Source of the DNA: Archangium sp.
Lineage (GTDB): Bacteria; Myxococcota; Myxococcia; Myxococcales; Myxococcaceae
DNA: 23,038 nucleotides
Assembly: GCA_031367385.1 (NCBI GenBank)
Contig: JANLPS010000446.1
Location: 1-23,038, forward strand
Direction of reading: 5' to 3'
The notes under the pieces were generated by a model. It saw only the letters and a list, made by a program, of their open reading frames with translations, had not been told where the DNA came from and searched no databases. Below are positions 1-8,591 of this stretch, piece by piece; the first letter of the stretch is position 1; each line of letters opens with the position of its first letter. Position numbers and translations under genes: made by a program.

Positions 1-296
1 TGATCGAAGTGGGCCGTTTGCAGCACGACGATGTGACCGTCGGGGCCAAAGGTCAGGTGGCTCCCTACGAACGTGTGGTCGGGCAGCTCGAGCACCCGGC
101 GCTCGTAGTGAAAGGCCGGCGCCGCCGCGCTCGACTCGAGGTCGAAGACCTGGCCCTCATAGATTTTCGCTCCGGCTTTCGCGGGGTCGGCTTCGAGCTC
201 GCGCACGTGACTGCCGATGGCGCCGCTGAGTGCGCCATGCGGCGTCGAGCAGGCCTGCAACAACAGGGTCAGAAACAGCCACTTGGCGTGAGTCAT
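1..296 (-). CDS. Putative lipoprotein, 3' end outside the window (not in the ORF track)
   Basis: Manual translation from ATG at 296 gives MTHAKWLFLTLLLQACSTPHGALSGAIGSHVRELEADPAKAGAKIYEGQVFDLE..., open to the window edge. It has a signal peptide with a lipobox-like LQAC, GC3-rich codons, and is divergent from TetR. Confidence 0.75.
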   Translation of the reverse strand, partial: MTHAKWLFLTLLLQACSTPHGALSGAIGSHVRELEADPAKAGAKIYEGQVFDLESSAAAPAFHYERRVLELPDHTFVGSHLTFGPDGHIVVLQTAHFD

Positions 297-297
297 G

Positions 298-321
298 AAT
301 AGGGAGTATATGCTCCCCATT
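298..321. promoter_or_regulatory. Imperfect 24-bp palindrome, candidate TetR operator
   Basis: AATaGGGAGtATATgCTCCCcATT pairs at 10 of 12 positions and fills the gap between the divergent starts at 296 and 320. Confidence 0.65.
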
Positions 322-979
322 GAAAAAGCGACGGCCATTGACGCAAAGGCGAGTACCGGACCAAGAACGGGCGCAACAGACGGTCGAGGCCCTGCTGCAA
401 GCCGCAGCTTCGCTGCTCGACCAGGTCGGCCTCGAGGGCTTCAACACCAACCTGTTGGCCAAGCGGGCGAAGGTGCGCGTGCGCACGGTGTACCGGTATT
501 TCCCCAATAAACACGCGGTGATCACGCTGTTGGCGCAGCGGGCGATCGAGCAATGGGGCACGTGGTTTGGCGAGGTCGAGCTGCTGGCCGACCCGCGCGT
601 TCGCCTCGAGGCAGTCTGGCCTCGGCTGATCGACGCCTATGTGCGCGGTATCCGGGCGCTCCCCGCGGGCCTCGCGCTGCGCAGAGCGATGCGGGCCGAT
701 GACCAACTTCGGGTGCTCGACGATCGTGACAATGCGGTGCTCGCGGCTCGGGTCGCGCAGGTGCTGAAGCTGCGATGGCCTGGCGCGTCGGCGAGCGCGC
801 TGCGATCAGCGACCCGCGTGTTGCTCGAGTCGGCTTCTGCGATCATCGACGTCTCGCTGGGTCACCCTGGGCCCGCCGCGAAGGCACTCGTGCGCTCGCT
901 CAAGGCCATGCACTCGGCGTATCTGAACCAACTCGAGCTCACCGGGTCATCAAGAGCATCACGAACATCAGCAGCATGA
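320..979 (+). CDS. TetR/AcrR family transcriptional regulator
   Basis: N-terminal HTH signature QERAQQTVEALLQAAASLLDQVGLEGFNTNLLAKRAKVRVRTVYRYFPNK, ~220 aa. The TTG start is uncertain. Confidence 0.92.
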   Translation: MKKRRPLTQRRVPDQERAQQTVEALLQAAASLLDQVGLEGFNTNLLAKRAKVRVRTVYRYFPNKHAVITLLAQRAIEQWGTWFGEVELLADPRVRLEAVWPRLIDAYVRGIRALPAGLALRRAMRADDQLRVLDDRDNAVLAARVAQVLKLRWPGASASALRSATRVLLESASAIIDVSLGHPGPAAKALVRSLKAMHSAYLNQLELTGSSRASRTSAA

Positions 980-1556
980 ACGCTGCACCGGCCCCGATGA
1001 TCAAGACGAAGAAGAGGTTGCTGTTGCCCGTTGGGGCTCCCTTCTCGGGCACCGACGCCAGTGGCATCAGGTTGTGCTTGGCCAACCGCCGAATGGCATT
1101 GTTGGCCGCACCGACCACCGGAGTGCCCTGCCGCTGCGCCAGGCCAATCACGGCCGCCAGCAGTGGCTCGAAGCCGGGGTTGATCACGATCCGCGACTCC
1201 GCCGTGCGCACCACGACGTCGGCGATTTGACCGTACTTGCTCGCGCCGATCGACACCTCGGTGATGTCGACCCAACGCAGAGAGAGAACACCGCCGATCA
1301 GGCGCTTGCGCTCGACCTTGAGCGCGCTCACCGAGACCGTCGACATCAGGTGGTTCAAGTAGACCAACCCAGGCACGAGCCACAGCCCGGCGAGGAGGGC
1401 GCCCACGCCAGGCACCATGGGCGCCGTGATCTTGCCCGTGATGAACATGTACGCGGTGAAGGCGAATGGCGCTGCCACCACGCCAGACACTGCGAGCACG
1501 GCGCTCGGCTTCGCGACGAGGGTCTGGTTCTTGTCGATTGCGGCGAGGGCGTTCAC
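939..1556 (-). CDS. Hypothetical membrane protein
   Basis: Two N-terminal hydrophobic helices, a beta-rich middle (LRWVDITEVSI, bacterial PH-like) and a C-terminal TM helix. The probable GTG start at 1556 overlaps the GH1 stop (GTGA). Confidence 0.65.
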   Translation of the reverse strand: MNALAAIDKNQTLVAKPSAVLAVSGVVAAPFAFTAYMFITGKITAPMVPGVGALLAGLWLVPGLVYLNHLMSTVSVSALKVERKRLIGGVLSLRWVDITEVSIGASKYGQIADVVVRTAESRIVINPGFEPLLAAVIGLAQRQGTPVVGAANNAIRRLAKHNLMPLASVPEKGAPTGNSNLFFVLIIGAGAAFMLLMFVMLLMTR

Positions 1557-3058
1557 GGCGTGTTCTCGGGGTACTTCGCGAGCCACTTCGCCGGCACGTC
1601 ACGGGCCTTGACGATGTCACGGTAGACCGTGGCTGCTTCACGGGGCGCGCGGGCCTTCGACGCGAGGTCGACGGAGTAGAGCCCGAACTTCGCCGCCATG
1701 CCCTGGTTCCACTCGTAGTTGTCGATGAGCGACCAGACGAAATAACCGCGCAGATCGGCGCCGTCGCGAATGGCGCGCTTGGTCCATTGCATCGTGCCGA
1801 CGAGCCAGCGTGCCATCAAAGAAGGGTCATCAGCGGCATCGGTGCCGGTCTCGGTGATGTACATCGGCAGGTGGTACCGGGCCTGCATCGACATCACGAT
1901 GTCGTACAGCCCCTTCATGTCGCCCTTGCGCTGAACCAGTGAGGTCGGGTCGAACGTGGTGAGCGGCGAGAGCGACGGCAGCACGGGGTCGCCCGTGCCG
2001 GCGACGGTCACGCGCGTGTAGTAGTTGATGCCCAGGTAGTCGGCACGCCCCGCCAGGTCGGCCCGCGGCGTCATCGCATCGGGAGTGCCATCGAGATCGG
2101 CATCGACCAGCCCCTTGAGTGCCGCGTCGAGAAACGCCGTGTTGTAGAGGTAATAGACGTTCTCGGCGGCCCGCGCGTCGATCTTGCTCGCCGGGTTCTG
2201 CCCCGCGGTCGGCACCGTTGCGTACACCAGCCCGACGAACGCCGCGCGCCCGTCTTGATCGGCGTCAACGGTATCGTTCGCCTTCACCGCGTCGTACATG
2301 CGCGCATTGGCATCGATCATCGCGAGCATTGCCGCCTTGGCCTCAGGCACCTTGAGCGTCAGACCCGGAGGGTTGACTCGATCTTTGCTGGGCAACAGAT
2401 ACCCCGGCAGCACCACCGCGAATGGCTCGTTGAGCGTGGCCCACCAATCGACCTCGGCTCCGAATTCGCGCGCGCAGAAGGCGGCGTACTTGGCGATTTC
2501 ATTCACGATTCGGTCGTGATCGAGCCAGCCCCGGTTCACGCAGGTGTCGATGTGCTGATGGCAGGCGACGCCGTCGTGAACCCACGAGGGCAGGGTGTAG
2601 TGGTGCAGCGTGACCAGCGGCTTGAGCCCCCGCGCCTTCAGGGCCGCGAAGATCGAGTGGTAGTGCTCAATCGCCTCGTGATTCGCCACGGCCCGCAGCG
2701 CCTCTCCGTCGAGGCCATCGGTCGCGGTGGGGAAGATTCGGCTCCACTCAATCGACATGCGAAACGCGCCCAGAGACAAGTCGTTCTTGGCGAGGTCGAA
2801 GTCGCGCTCGTAGAGCTCCCATTCGCCGGGCCCGTTGCTCAATGGCTCGAAGGTGATTTGGCTCGAGAGATCGCCCAGCTGCGAGGGGCTCGTGACCCAC
2901 TGGTACCAATCAGAGTTGCGATCTTCGCACTGGTCAGCCGGCACGGTCGGGCAGCCCGGGTCGACCTGAAACCCGGCGACGGCGGCACCGAAGACGAACG
3001 AGTCGGGCACGGCTTTGGGGCCGCACGCGACCAACGCGAGCAGCAGGGCTGGCCTCAA
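1553..3058 (-). CDS. Glycoside hydrolase family 1 (beta-glycosidase), lipoprotein
   Basis: GH1 motifs FVFGAAVAGFQ, RMSIEWSRIFP, TLNEP (acid/base), GINYY, YITETG (nucleophile) and WSLIDNYEW. The probable TTG start at 3058 (TTGA overlap with the upstream stop) gives MRPALLLALVAC, a lipobox. Confidence 0.93.
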   Translation of the reverse strand: MRPALLLALVACGPKAVPDSFVFGAAVAGFQVDPGCPTVPADQCEDRNSDWYQWVTSPSQLGDLSSQITFEPLSNGPGEWELYERDFDLAKNDLSLGAFRMSIEWSRIFPTATDGLDGEALRAVANHEAIEHYHSIFAALKARGLKPLVTLHHYTLPSWVHDGVACHQHIDTCVNRGWLDHDRIVNEIAKYAAFCAREFGAEVDWWATLNEPFAVVLPGYLLPSKDRVNPPGLTLKVPEAKAAMLAMIDANARMYDAVKANDTVDADQDGRAAFVGLVYATVPTAGQNPASKIDARAAENVYYLYNTAFLDAALKGLVDADLDGTPDAMTPRADLAGRADYLGINYYTRVTVAGTGDPVLPSLSPLTTFDPTSLVQRKGDMKGLYDIVMSMQARYHLPMYITETGTDAADDPSLMARWLVGTMQWTKRAIRDGADLRGYFVWSLIDNYEWNQGMAAKFGLYSVDLASKARAPREAATVYRDIVKARDVPAKWLAKYPENTP

Positions 3059-4359
3059 TACAGTCGCAAGAACCACGCATTGCTCTCGGATTTGGGGAAG
3101 TACACGATGCCGCCAAGCGCTGGGACCCAGAGCCATTTGGTGTAAACGTTTTCTTCGCCAGACAAGACGAACGCTTGCGCCACAGTGTCGCCGCCGGTCG
3201 TGGGGAGCATTGAAATCTCGAAGGTCTCTGCATCGATGCGGTACACGGCTGCGCCGGCCGCGTTGGCCCTCACGAAGAATGCGTCGAGCGGCGCGACGTA
3301 CACCATGCCGAGCGACGGCTTGAGGGCATCGAACGCGGCCTTCGCAGCGCTGTCGGGGTGCGCGCGGGGCGACCACACTCCGGTCGTAAGGTCGACGGTG
3401 TAAGGCGAGTTGGGCCCGTACCCTTTGAGCCACAGCAGCCGATGCCGTTTGGTGTCGACGGCCGTCGCACCCAGCGCGCCGGTGTTGATGGCGTCGGGCA
3501 GCGGGCCCACGGTCGACCAGGTGCCTCCCACGCCAGCAGCAGACGGCACGAACCGTCTCAAGTTGGGGGCGTTCACCACGTAAATGATCTCAGTCGTCGG
3601 GTCTTTGCAGGCGGCCCAACCGATGGCGGGTGTCCACCCTCCGTTGACGCCTCCCAGCGCGAAGCCGAACGTGCCCGCGGGGGCCCACCCGTTGTGGCCT
3701 TGGCCGAGCGAGATGTCGAACCCCTCGACGTTTTCAAAGGCCGACCCGATGGGCGCGGTTGAGCCGCCGAGGCGCACGGCGCGGCTTTGGCCCTCGAGAA
3801 ACTGCTGCCCGTAGTAGCTGTGCGTCGAGCAGGGCAACCCGTCGAGGTACCTGGCGTGCGAGGGGTCGGCCCCCGCCGTCACGCCGTCGACCACCGGCCC
3901 ACTGCTGCCGGCGAACCACTCGACCCAGCGAGGGGCGTCTGACATCAAGTCGAAGCGAACGACTTCATTGCCGAAGTAGTCGCCGTGGCCGCCGTTCGCG
4001 ACCGACCAGACCGTCGAGCTCCGGGTGTCGATTGAGAGACCGCTCCAGGCATTGAGGCGTGCCCAGGGGCCGTAGACGGCGTGCACACCGGTCGTCAGCA
4101 CCGCCTCATTCGACGGTGCCTGGAGACTCATCGACGACGCGGGCAGCTCGCGCCAGGCGTTGACCTCGAGCCCGACACGCCAGGCGGGGAGCCCGGCATC
4201 GCGAAGCGCGCTGCCCGCATCGACCCCGCCCCCACCATCGAAGAGCACGCCGCCATCGTCGCGTTGCAGGCCTGCGTCGCTCGCGTTCGGCTCCGGGAGC
4301 TTGGCGACTCCGGTGCACCCGACGCAGAGCATCGCAACCAGGTGAAGGCCTCGCATCAT
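3055..4359 (-). CDS. Putative lipoprotein with a beta-propeller/kelch-like domain
   Basis: Signal peptide ending LCVGC, a myxobacteria-style DAG/DGG linker, then a Trp/Gly/beta-rich domain with GGHGDYFGNEV and YLDGLPCSTHSY motifs. The fold is inferred. Confidence 0.7.
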   Translation of the reverse strand: MMRGLHLVAMLCVGCTGVAKLPEPNASDAGLQRDDGGVLFDGGGGVDAGSALRDAGLPAWRVGLEVNAWRELPASSMSLQAPSNEAVLTTGVHAVYGPWARLNAWSGLSIDTRSSTVWSVANGGHGDYFGNEVVRFDLMSDAPRWVEWFAGSSGPVVDGVTAGADPSHARYLDGLPCSTHSYYGQQFLEGQSRAVRLGGSTAPIGSAFENVEGFDISLGQGHNGWAPAGTFGFALGGVNGGWTPAIGWAACKDPTTEIIYVVNAPNLRRFVPSAAGVGGTWSTVGPLPDAINTGALGATAVDTKRHRLLWLKGYGPNSPYTVDLTTGVWSPRAHPDSAAKAAFDALKPSLGMVYVAPLDAFFVRANAAGAAVYRIDAETFEISMLPTTGGDTVAQAFVLSGEENVYTKWLWVPALGGIVYFPKSESNAWFLRLY

Positions 4360-4401
4360 CGGGTGCTCCTGGGCTTTGGCCCTCGAGTCGGTCGCTTGTG
4401 C

Positions 4402-5355
4402 TTAGACGAAGAGCGTCGACAGCGATTCGGCGCGGTAGATGCGCGCGATGGCCTCGCCGAACAGCTTCTCGGTCTTGACCTGCCGAATGCGGGTGCACTC
4501 GAGCGCGGCCTTGCTCAGCGGCACCGTATCGGCGACCACCAGCTCTTCGATCACCGAGTCGTTGATGCGCGAGATCGCCGGGCCTGAGAGCACCGGGTGC
4601 ACGATGTACGAGAAGACCCGGCTCGCGCCCTTGTCTTTCAATGCCGCGGCGCCCTGGGTCAACGTGCCGGCGGTGTCGACGATGTCGTCGATGATGATGG
4701 CGTTCTTGCCCTTCACGTCGCCGATCAGGTTCATCACCTCTGACGAGTTCGCGCGGGGCCGTCGTTTGTCGATGATCGCCAACGGGCAGTTGAGCCGCTT
4801 GGAGTACGCCCGCGCCCGCTCGACGCCGCCGGCATCAGGAGACACGATCACCAGATCATCGGTGCTGGTGAACTTCTTGCGAATGTCGTCGAGAAACACC
4901 GGCGACGCATACAAGTGATCGGTGGGTATGTTGAAGAAGCCCTGAATCTGACCGGCGTGCATGTCCATCGAGACGACGCGGGTCACTCCGGCGGTCTCGA
5001 GCAGGTCAGCGACCAGCTTGGCGGTGATCGGCGTGCGGGCGGCGATCTTTCGGTCTTGGCGCGCATACCCGTAATAGGGGATCACCGCGGTGATCGACGA
5101 GGCGCTCGCCCGCTTGAGCGCGTCGCTCATGATCAGCAGCTCCATCAAGTGATCGTTGCCCGGCGGGCTCGTCGATTGAATGACGAACACGTCGAAGCCG
5201 CGCACGTTCTCACCGATCTCGACCTGAATCTCGCCGTCGCTGAACTTGCCCACTTCAGCCTTCGACAAGGGCCGCTTCAGGTACTCGCAAATGCCATCGG
5301 CGAGCATTCGGTTCGAGTTACACGAGAACACCTTGAAATCGTGACTGACGGCCAT
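4402..5355 (-). CDS. prs: Ribose-phosphate pyrophosphokinase
   Basis: FSDGE, PYYGYARQDRK, DMHAGQIQGFF, VSPDAGGVERAR, DKRR and IIIDDIVDTAGT motifs. ATG at 5355. Confidence 0.98.
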   Translation of the reverse strand: MAVSHDFKVFSCNSNRMLADGICEYLKRPLSKAEVGKFSDGEIQVEIGENVRGFDVFVIQSTSPPGNDHLMELLIMSDALKRASASSITAVIPYYGYARQDRKIAARTPITAKLVADLLETAGVTRVVSMDMHAGQIQGFFNIPTDHLYASPVFLDDIRKKFTSTDDLVIVSPDAGGVERARAYSKRLNCPLAIIDKRRPRANSSEVMNLIGDVKGKNAIIIDDIVDTAGTLTQGAAALKDKGASRVFSYIVHPVLSGPAISRINDSVIEELVVADTVPLSKAALECTRIRQVKTEKLFGEAIARIYRAESLSTLFV

Positions 5356-5386
5356 ACCCCGCAGGTACACGATCGCATCGGTGCAT

Positions 5387-5698
5387 TCAATGTGGGCGGT
5401 CGACGTGAAGCGGTTTCACGCTCTGGTCGATCAGCGTCACCAGGTGACCGCAGGCCTTCTGATACTCGAGTAAGACGCGCTGCTCGAGTCGCTCGCGCAT
5501 GTCTGCGTTGAGCGGGTGGGCAATGTCTTTGTAGGTGCCGTCTTTTCGCTTTTTGGCGGGCATCGCGACGAACAGGCCGCTTGCTCCGCTGATGACCTTG
5601 AGATCACGCACCACGAAGCACTGATCGAGGGTGATGGTGACGTAAGCGCGAAGACGATCCTCTTCGACCGGGAAGATTTTCACATCGGTGATGTCCAT
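5387..5698 (-). CDS. spoVG: SpoVG family nucleic-acid-binding protein
   Basis: MDITDVKIFPV..LRAYVTITLDQCFVVRDLKVI...GLFVAMPAKKRKDGTYKDIAHPLN. This is the C-terminal third of track ORF 5387..6256 and sits directly upstream of prs. Confidence 0.95.
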   Translation of the reverse strand: MDITDVKIFPVEEDRLRAYVTITLDQCFVVRDLKVISGASGLFVAMPAKKRKDGTYKDIAHPLNADMRERLEQRVLLEYQKACGHLVTLIDQSVKPLHVDRPH

Positions 5699-5795
5699 GG
5701 ACGGCCCCCCAAACTGCGGCGTGTCGGTGCGAACAATGGTCAACCTGATGGGCCCGGCGCAAGCTCGAGAAGCGACTTTCTTGCATCTGCGCCTA

Positions 5796-5823
5796 TTGAC
5801 ATACATCGGCCGATCGTTAAGGT
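5796..5823 (+). promoter_or_regulatory. Sigma70-type promoter for infC
   Basis: TTGACA (5796-5801), 16-nt spacer, TAAGGT (5818-5823), ~40 nt upstream of the inferred start. Confidence 0.65.
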
Positions 5824-5863
5824 GCGCCGCCGTTCGTACCTCACTTTTTGCTGGAGAATCGCC

Positions 5864-6541
5864 ATCGCCATCGCACGCGATCAGAGAACTGACCGACGCA
5901 TCCGCGCCAAAGAAGTCCGTGTTGTAGGGCCCGCTGGCGAACAGCTCGGCGTCCTCCCCATTGACGTTGCTTTGGCGAAAGCCCACGAATTTGGCCTCAA
6001 CCTCGTCGAGGTCAACCCTCAGTCGAAGCCCCCGGTCTGTAAGATCATGGACTACGGCCGCTTCAAGTACGAAGAGAAGAAGAAGGCCAACGAGGCCAAG
6101 AAGAAGCAGGTCGTCGTCAAGGTGAAGGAGGTTAAGCTCCGTCCCAAGACCGAAGAGCACGACTACGACTTCAAGATTCGAAACGTCCGTACCTTCATCG
6201 AGGAAGGCAACAAGGCGAAGATCACCATCATGTTCCGCGGCCGTGAGATCACCCACCGCGAGCTGGGCACCGCCGTGCTCGACGACGTGATCTCAGACAC
6301 CAAAGACATCGCCATCGTCGAGCAGACGCCGCGCCTCGAAGGCAAGCAGATGTTCATGATCATCGGGCCCAACCCGAAGATCGCTCAGCGTGCTCGCGAC
6401 CTGCAGCGTCAGGCCCTGATCAACGCCGAGAAAGAAAAAGAGAAGAAAGAGGCCTCGCCCTCGTCGCCTGAAGGTCAGGCCGCGGCTGCGTCAAAGGCCG
6501 CTGCACCGCCTCCAGCGGCCGCGCCTGCCTCTGAACCGTAA
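5864..6541 (+). CDS. infC: Translation initiation factor IF-3 with C-terminal extension (Dsg-like), non-canonical ATC start
   Basis: RIRAKEVRVV, PPVCKIMDYGRFKYE, VKEVKLRP, IMFRGRE motifs. There is no ATG/GTG/TTG near the N-terminus. GGAG at 5853-5856 lies 7 nt before an in-frame ATC at 5864. Confidence 0.96.
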   Translation: MAIARDQRTDRRIRAKEVRVVGPAGEQLGVLPIDVALAKAHEFGLNLVEVNPQSKPPVCKIMDYGRFKYEEKKKANEAKKKQVVVKVKEVKLRPKTEEHDYDFKIRNVRTFIEEGNKAKITIMFRGREITHRELGTAVLDDVISDTKDIAIVEQTPRLEGKQMFMIIGPNPKIAQRARDLQRQALINAEKEKEKKEASPSSPEGQAAAASKAAAPPPAAAPASEP

Positions 6542-6560
6542 ACTTTGTGTTTCTGGGTGG

Positions 6561-6589
6561 TTGACAGCATGTGCTGGGCGGGGTAGGTC
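6561..6589 (+). promoter_or_regulatory. Possible sigma70 promoter for rpmI-rplT
   Basis: TTGACA (6561-6566), 17-nt spacer, TAGGTC (6584-6589). The -10 element is weak. Confidence 0.45.
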
Positions 6590-6637
6590 GGCCGCCCTTT
6601 CGTCGAATTTCTACACAGCAGTCTAGGTCACTTTTGT

Positions 6638-6847
6638 ATGCCCAAGCTCAAAACGCGTAGTGCTGCGAAGAAGCGCATGCAGGTCAAGAAGAGCGGCAAG
6701 GTCAAGCACGGCAAGGCCTATGCGAAGCACTTCATGACCTTCTCGAAGTCGCAGAACCAGAAGCGCCGCAATCGCGGTACCGGCCACCTCCGCGATATGG
6801 ACGCGAAGAAGGTCATCAAAGAACTTTTCCCCTACGGGGCGAACTAA
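6638..6847 (+). CDS. rpmI: 50S ribosomal protein L35
   Basis: MPKLKTRSAAKKRM..KSGKVKH, basic 69-aa protein between infC and rplT. Confidence 0.97.
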   Translation: MPKLKTRSAAKKRMQVKKSGKVKHGKAYAKHFMTFSKSQNQKRRNRGTGHLRDMDAKKVIKELFPYGAN

Positions 6848-6880
6848 AGCCCTCGTCTGGGCTTTTGACGGAGATTTGTC

Positions 6881-7225
6881 ATGCGAGTGAAGAAGGGCGT
6901 CAAAGCGCGCCGTCGTCGTAACTCAATTCTGAAGTTGGCCAAGGGGTACCGCGGCCGCCGAAAGAATTGCTACAAGCGAGCGAACCAGGCTGTTGAGCGT
7001 GCGCTCGACTATGCCAGCCGCGACCGTCAGCGCCGTAAGCGCGACTTCCGTTCATTGTGGATCGTGCGCATCAACGCGGCGGCCCGAGCGGCGGGGTTGA
7101 GCTACTCGAAGCTGATCGCTGGGTTGACCAAGGCGAAGGTTGCAATCGATCGCAAGATCTTGGCTGACCTCGCGGTGCATGACCCGGCCGGTTTCGGCGC
7201 GGTCGCTGCCATCGCCAAGGCGTAA
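6881..7225 (+). CDS. rplT: 50S ribosomal protein L20
   Basis: [54 protein letters not shown] upstream. Confidence 0.98.
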   Translation: MRVKKGVKARRRRNSILKLAKGYRGRRKNCYKRANQAVERALDYASRDRQRRKRDFRSLWIVRINAAARAAGLSYSKLIAGLTKAKVAIDRKILADLAVHDPAGFGAVAAIAKA

Positions 7226-7248
7226 ACAGCGCGGGTTCTCGAAGCAGT

Positions 7249-7281
7249 CGGGCTGCTCCCACGGTGGGTGCAGCCCGTTTT
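7249..7281 (+). terminator. Rho-independent terminator after rplT
   Basis: Stem CGGGCTGC/GCAGCCCG plus inner CCCA/TGGG, followed by TTTT. Confidence 0.8.
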
Positions 7282-7403
7282 GCGTTCAACGGCCGGCTTC
7301 GACTCAGCCTGAGGCACTCGAAGCATGAAAGCCCAGGTTGCGAGTCAGGCACTCGGCGCAGCGACGGTCCTTCGGGCACCCAGGACGAGCGGGGTGACCT
7401 CAC

Positions 7404-8537
7404 TCATGACGAGCTGGGCATGGTCTGCGGCTCGCGCTGTTTTCGCCGCAGCTTCTCGACCAGGGTCGTGCGCTGCAGGCCGAGCAAGTCGGCCGCGGCC
7501 TTGCGGTTGCCCCCGGCCTGGTGCAGCGCCGCCGAGATGTAGAGCGTCTCGATCGTGCGCATCAGCGACGGCAAATCGATTGGAAACGAGGGCTCCGCGG
7601 CCTCAGCGAGCAGGCGCTCGGGCGTGGGCGGCGTCGGCGGGGGCTCAGGCGCGACCAGCGGCAACGGCTCAGCGGTCGGAGGCAGGGCCTGCGTCATCGG
7701 AGGCGACGGCAAAGGCGCCCTGATCGAGCACTGGGCTGACGTCGGCGGAGGGTGCTGAATGTGCGGCGGCAAATCGCCCAGCCGAATCACCGGCCCCTCG
7801 GTGCAGATCGAGAGCCGCTCGACCAGGTTCTCGAGCTCACGCACGTTGCCAGGCCAGCTGTGCGCCTCAATCGCCTGGAGCGCCGCCTGCTCGAGCGGCC
7901 TGCGCTCACCCCGCGCGTTCCAGAAATGGCCGAAGAGCCGCAGAATGTCGGGCTTGCGGTGTCGAAGCGGGGGCAGCTCCATCGGGCAGACCTGCAATCG
8001 GTAGAAGAGGTCTTGCCGAAAGCGCCCGGCCTCGACCTCGGCCGCCAGATCTCGGTTGGTCGCCGCTACCAGTCGAAAGTTCGCGCTCACGCTCTCTGCG
8101 CTGCCCACCGGCTCGTAGGTGCGCTCCTGCAGCACCCGCAGCAACTTCACCTGCGAGGCCAACGGCATCTCTCCGATTTCGTCGAGAAAGAGCGTGCCGC
8201 CCTCGGCCATCGCCACCCGGCCTTTGCGCGAGCTGATAGCCCCGGTGAAAGCGCCGCGCACGTGCCCGAACAGCTCGCTCTCGAGCAGCGTCTCGGGTAT
8301 CGCCGCGCAGTTCACCGGCACGAACGCCCGCACGGCCCGGGGGCTCAGGTCATGAATGTACCGGGCGACCAGCTCTTTGCCGGTGCCCGTTTCTCCGGTG
8401 AGCAAGACGGTTGAATCGGTCGGCGCGACGCGCGCACAGGCTCGCAACAAGCCCACGAGCGGTGAGTCAGGCGCGTGCACCAACGGTGAAGCAGCCCTTC
8501 GCACAGGGCCATGAGCAGCGACTGCAAGGTTCGTCAT
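7404..8537 (-). CDS. Sigma54-dependent enhancer-binding protein (AAA+ and Fis HTH) with no N-terminal sensory domain
   Basis: [49 protein letters not shown], a Pro-rich linker and [22 protein letters not shown] at 8537 has a GGAGAGG RBS. Confidence 0.93.
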   Translation of the reverse strand: MTNLAVAAHGPVRRAASPLVHAPDSPLVGLLRACARVAPTDSTVLLTGETGTGKELVARYIHDLSPRAVRAFVPVNCAAIPETLLESELFGHVRGAFTGAISSRKGRVAMAEGGTLFLDEIGEMPLASQVKLLRVLQERTYEPVGSAESVSANFRLVAATNRDLAAEVEAGRFRQDLFYRLQVCPMELPPLRHRKPDILRLFGHFWNARGERRPLEQAALQAIEAHSWPGNVRELENLVERLSICTEGPVIRLGDLPPHIQHPPPTSAQCSIRAPLPSPPMTQALPPTAEPLPLVAPEPPPTPPTPERLLAEAAEPSFPIDLPSLMRTIETLYISAALHQAGGNRKAAADLLGLQRTTLVEKLRRKQREPQTMPSSS

Positions 8538-8591
8538 CGGTACGTCCTCTCCCAGACACGGGGTGGGTAAGTCTTGCCACTGGGGGGTCCG

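Noticed and set aside
9..302. Plus-strand 97-aa ORF
   Set aside because: It is the shadow of a better minus-strand lipoprotein frame that has a signal peptide and GC3 bias.
3059..3433. 125-aa N-terminal extension of the GH1 ORF
   Set aside because: It overlaps the upstream lipoprotein gene and is Arg-rich off-frame sequence. TTG at 3058 yields a clean lipobox.
5356..5386. Possible tRNA-Gln upstream of prs, as in many bacteria
   Set aside because: Only 31 bp are available and there is no cloverleaf.
5516..6256. Apparent long overlap of the extended spoVG (289 aa) and infC (341 aa) ORFs
   Set aside because: Both extensions are antisense read-through of the other gene. The real starts are 5698 and ~5864.
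7282..7403. GCTTCGA/TCGAAGC inverted repeat and duplicated AGGCACTCG; possible REP element or ncRNA
   Set aside because: The motifs are short and no longer copy was seen elsewhere in the window, so chance is plausible.
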